Below are positions 61,718 to 64,000 of a stretch of 64,000 bases of DNA, one piece after another (within the stretch, counting starts at the first letter, position 1; each line of letters begins with the position of its first letter). Made by a program: the position numbers and the translations under genes. The notes beneath the pieces are model-generated. The model was not told where the DNA came from and searched no databases. It saw only the letters and a program-made list of their open reading frames with translations. The stretch comes from an uncultured Methylomirabilota bacterium. Its GTDB lineage: Bacteria > Methylomirabilota > Methylomirabilia > Methylomirabilales > 2-02-FULL-66-22. The stretch covers positions 256,001-320,000 of the forward strand of contig CAWJSJ010000005.1 of NCBI GenBank assembly GCA_963845565.1, in the 5' to 3' direction.

Positions 61718-62947
61718 TCAGCTCCGCAGACCGGCAGATACGGATTGCCGATAGCTTGACCAGGACGGGATTCCGGCGAGGAGCATGCCGATGACGACCA
61801 CAGCCGCCGCCATGAGCAGTTCTTGGCGGGCGAGCGTCGCGGAAAGAACGATCCCGGTGCGTGCGGAAAAGACCGCAGAGAGCGCCGCGGCTCCTGCCCA
61901 CCCTGCCAACAGGCCCAGCACGGACCCGAGGGCGATCATGAGGCTGACGTGGGTCCACACGACTGCGAACACGTACCGGCGGGACGCCCCGAGGGCTCGG
62001 AGGATGGCGAGTTGCCGGCGCCGCAGGGCCAGCGAGGCCAAGACGGCGAGCAGGACAGCAGCGATGACCAGCGCCTGGGTCGCAACGGAAATGGCCGCCA
62101 GGAGATCGCGGGCGTCTCCGAGGAGACTGTAGAGATCGACCAACACTTCGGCCGGGAAGAGGGCCGTCGTGCCTTCCGTCCGGTATTTCCCGCGGAGCTT
62201 GTACGCGTCCGCGACTGTCTTGGGTTTCACGACGATCGCGGGAACTCCGGCGACCTCGGCACCGTCCCACGGAGGACCAATAACGTTCCGCGCCCTCCGT
62301 GTGGCCGTTGGAGAGACCGTGGACTTCCCAGACCGCTTCTATGGGTGCGACGATGGCGCGATCCCAGGGGGTGCCGGATCGAGCCATGCGACCGACGACG
62401 ACGTACTCGACATCGTGATGGTCTCGATCCGAGGCCTTGTCCTCCGGCTCCGCCTTGGGGGCGGCCACCCCGTGACTGGGGCGAAGCGGGCGCCGAGCGC
62501 CAAGCCGACATCCGCCCCCACGACGACCTCGCGCTCGGATGCAAAGACCCGGCCCTCTGCCGGTTTGCGCGTTCCGCCCAGGGTGACGAAGGCCGCGGTC
62601 GAGCCGACGACGGGATAGTCCCGGTAGCGATCGCCAAAGGCGATGGGGGCCACGTAGACGGCGCCCGACTCTTGTTGGAGGCGTTTGAGCACGGCGCCGG
62701 GCACCAACGGCAGCGCCGCCGGCTGCAGGTAGACGCTGGTCAACACAAGCTGGGTCGGGCTCCCGGGAGCGCCGACGAGAAGGTCGAAGGCGTCGGCGGC
62801 TCGCGCGCTCCCGGTGCGCAGCGCCCGCTCCTGGGCGCTCACCGAGACGCCAAGGGCCACGGCCACGGCGATCAGCCCGACCACCGCCAGGAAGCCGGTC
62901 CGGGATCGCCGGATATCCGCCACCACGACGGGCAAGGGGTTCAACAT
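61718..62947 (-). CDS. FtsX/MacB-like ABC permease, frameshifts near 62470 and 62280
   Basis: FDLLVGAPGSPTQLVL, PIAFGD, GTPWDRAI..PIEAVWEVHG, LAILRALGASR across three frames. Confidence 0.8.
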
Positions 62948-63642
62948 CGGGAGACCGTGTCCTGGGCGGTTGTCGTCAGGCGGCCGCCCACCAGCGTGTG
63001 CACGGCATCCAACCGTCGGAGCACCGCGGCATCGTGGCTCACGATGACGACGGTGGTCCGCGCTTCGCGACACGAATCGAGCAGGAGCATGGTCACTCGC
63101 TCGCCACTGGCACCGTCGAGGCTCGCGGTCGGCTCGTCGGCGAGAACGATGGACGGGGCGAAAAGAAGGGCTCGCGCGACGGCCACGCGCTGCATCTCAC
63201 CTCGGGACAGCGTCTCGACACGCTGGAGGCCGCCGGGCACCCCCACGTGTGTCAGCAGGGCTCGGGCGCGATCCTTCACCCGGCCAGATAGTACGAAGCG
63301 ATCGAACGTGGCAGCCACCAACACGTTCTGCAGGGCGGTCATGCCGGGCAAAAGGTGGAAGTCCTGGAAGATCATTCCAACGTGTCCGCGTCGCCAGCGG
63401 TCGCACTCCGTCTCAGTCAGGCGGCAGAGATCGTCCCCGCCCCAGCAGACCGACCCGTACTGCGGTCGCTCCAGGCCGCCGAGCACGTGAAGCAACGACG
63501 TCTTCCCGGATCCGGATGGCCCCGTGATGCCGACGACCGATCCCGCCGGGACGACCAATTCTTCGAGGTTGAGAACCGTATGGATGCCGGCAGACATCCG
63601 GTAGGCAAGAATGAGGTTAGTCGCTTTCAAGCCATTCGTCAT
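62941..63642 (-). CDS. ABC transporter ATPase (LolD-like)
   Basis: GPSGSGKTSLL, IFQDFHL, LSRGEMQRVAVARA, LADEPTASLD. Confidence 0.9.
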   Translation of the reverse strand: MTNGLKATNLILAYRMSAGIHTVLNLEELVVPAGSVVGITGPSGSGKTSLLHVLGGLERPQYGSVCWGGDDLCRLTETECDRWRRGHVGMIFQDFHLLPGMTALQNVLVAATFDRFVLSGRVKDRARALLTHVGVPGGLQRVETLSRGEMQRVAVARALLFAPSIVLADEPTASLDGASGERVTMLLLDSCREARTTVVIVSHDAAVLRRLDAVHTLVGGRLTTTAQDTVSRC

Positions 63643-63644
63643 GG

Positions 63645-64000
63645 CTACAACCGACGGAGCCTGGCGTCCACGATGCGCAGCAGGCTCACGAAACCGGTCT
63701 TCGGGTCGGTGGCAGACCCCACCTCCAGGCTCCCGGTGACCTCGATCGGGTCCGTGTTGCGCGTCAGCGTGCTGCCGTTTCGCAGGTGCACCACGATGAT
63801 GTCCGAAGGCCAGTCGGCGTCCGTCTGGCAAAATGGACAAAGGGACACCGGCTCTCGGGTCATGACGAAGAAATCCGCCTCGGGCTTGAGCGGCGGCGCC
63901 ATGAAACCGCGCATGGCCACCGGTTTGCCCTTCAAGCTGTTCACCTTGTCGGAGAATTGGAGGCCGAGGACGCCGATGGACTTGTACAACTCCGTAAAGG
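63645..64000 (-). CDS. Conserved ABC-associated protein with CPFC motif (OB-fold/DUF3299-like); 5' end outside window
   Basis: MRGFMAPPLKPEADFFVMT...CPFC..DADWP, TGFVSLLRI. Confidence 0.7.
   Translation of the reverse strand, partial: FTELYKSIGVLGLQFSDKVNSLKGKPVAMRGFMAPPLKPEADFFVMTREPVSLCPFCQTDADWPSDIIVVHLRNGSTLTRNTDPIEVTGSLEVGSATDPKTGFVSLLRIVDARLRRL

Noticed and set aside
10808..62947. Frameshifts in pfkA, aepW, metallophosphoesterase, second pstA, lacI, both sugar permeases, Zn-ADH and the FtsX permease, read as programmed frameshifting or pseudogenes
   Set aside because: Scattered single-base shifts with intact coding on both sides and no common slippery motif; most simply uncorrected sequencing indels. 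Cannot be resolved without reads.
1..64000. CRISPR arrays, tRNA/rRNA, transposases, integrases, phage or defence genes
   Set aside because: None recognised; the CPBP ('Abi') protein alone is not evidence of defence.

Overview
GC-rich bacterial window, almost entirely a phosphorus-acquisition / Pho-regulon supercluster. It carries phoB-phoR, a long-permease pstSCAB-phoU operon, a second Pst-like ABC system followed by two PhnA-like hydrolases, and a 2-aminoethylphosphonate uptake and catabolism set (aepXVW-type ABC, phnX, phnW, divergent FAD amine oxidase). It also holds polyphosphate genes (CHAD protein, tandem Tmk-like kinases, Ppx), PIN-PhoH, DUF47, mgsA, a secreted metallophosphoesterase and a decayed phnCD. 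Interspersed are tatAC, pdxST, pfk and a LacI/GH4 sugar cluster. An 11-bp-periodic (G/T)T(C/A)A(C/T) direct repeat (Pho-box-like) can be read upstream of about 11 transcription units, which places several unexplained operons in the putative regulon. The best candidate for an undescribed system is a Pho-boxed operon at 53.3-58.7 kb. It encodes an ~812-aa protein with glutamate-cysteine-ligase-like motifs, a phosphatidylserine-decarboxylase homolog, an Lgt-like membrane transferase and an exported protein; the hypothesis is a phosphorus-free lipid remodelling pathway. A Pho-boxed alpha/beta-hydrolase + GH3 operon and a PPK3-like Tmk pair are also notable. Many single-base frameshifts suggest uncorrected sequencing indels. 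All calls come from motif recognition by eye; no searches were run.
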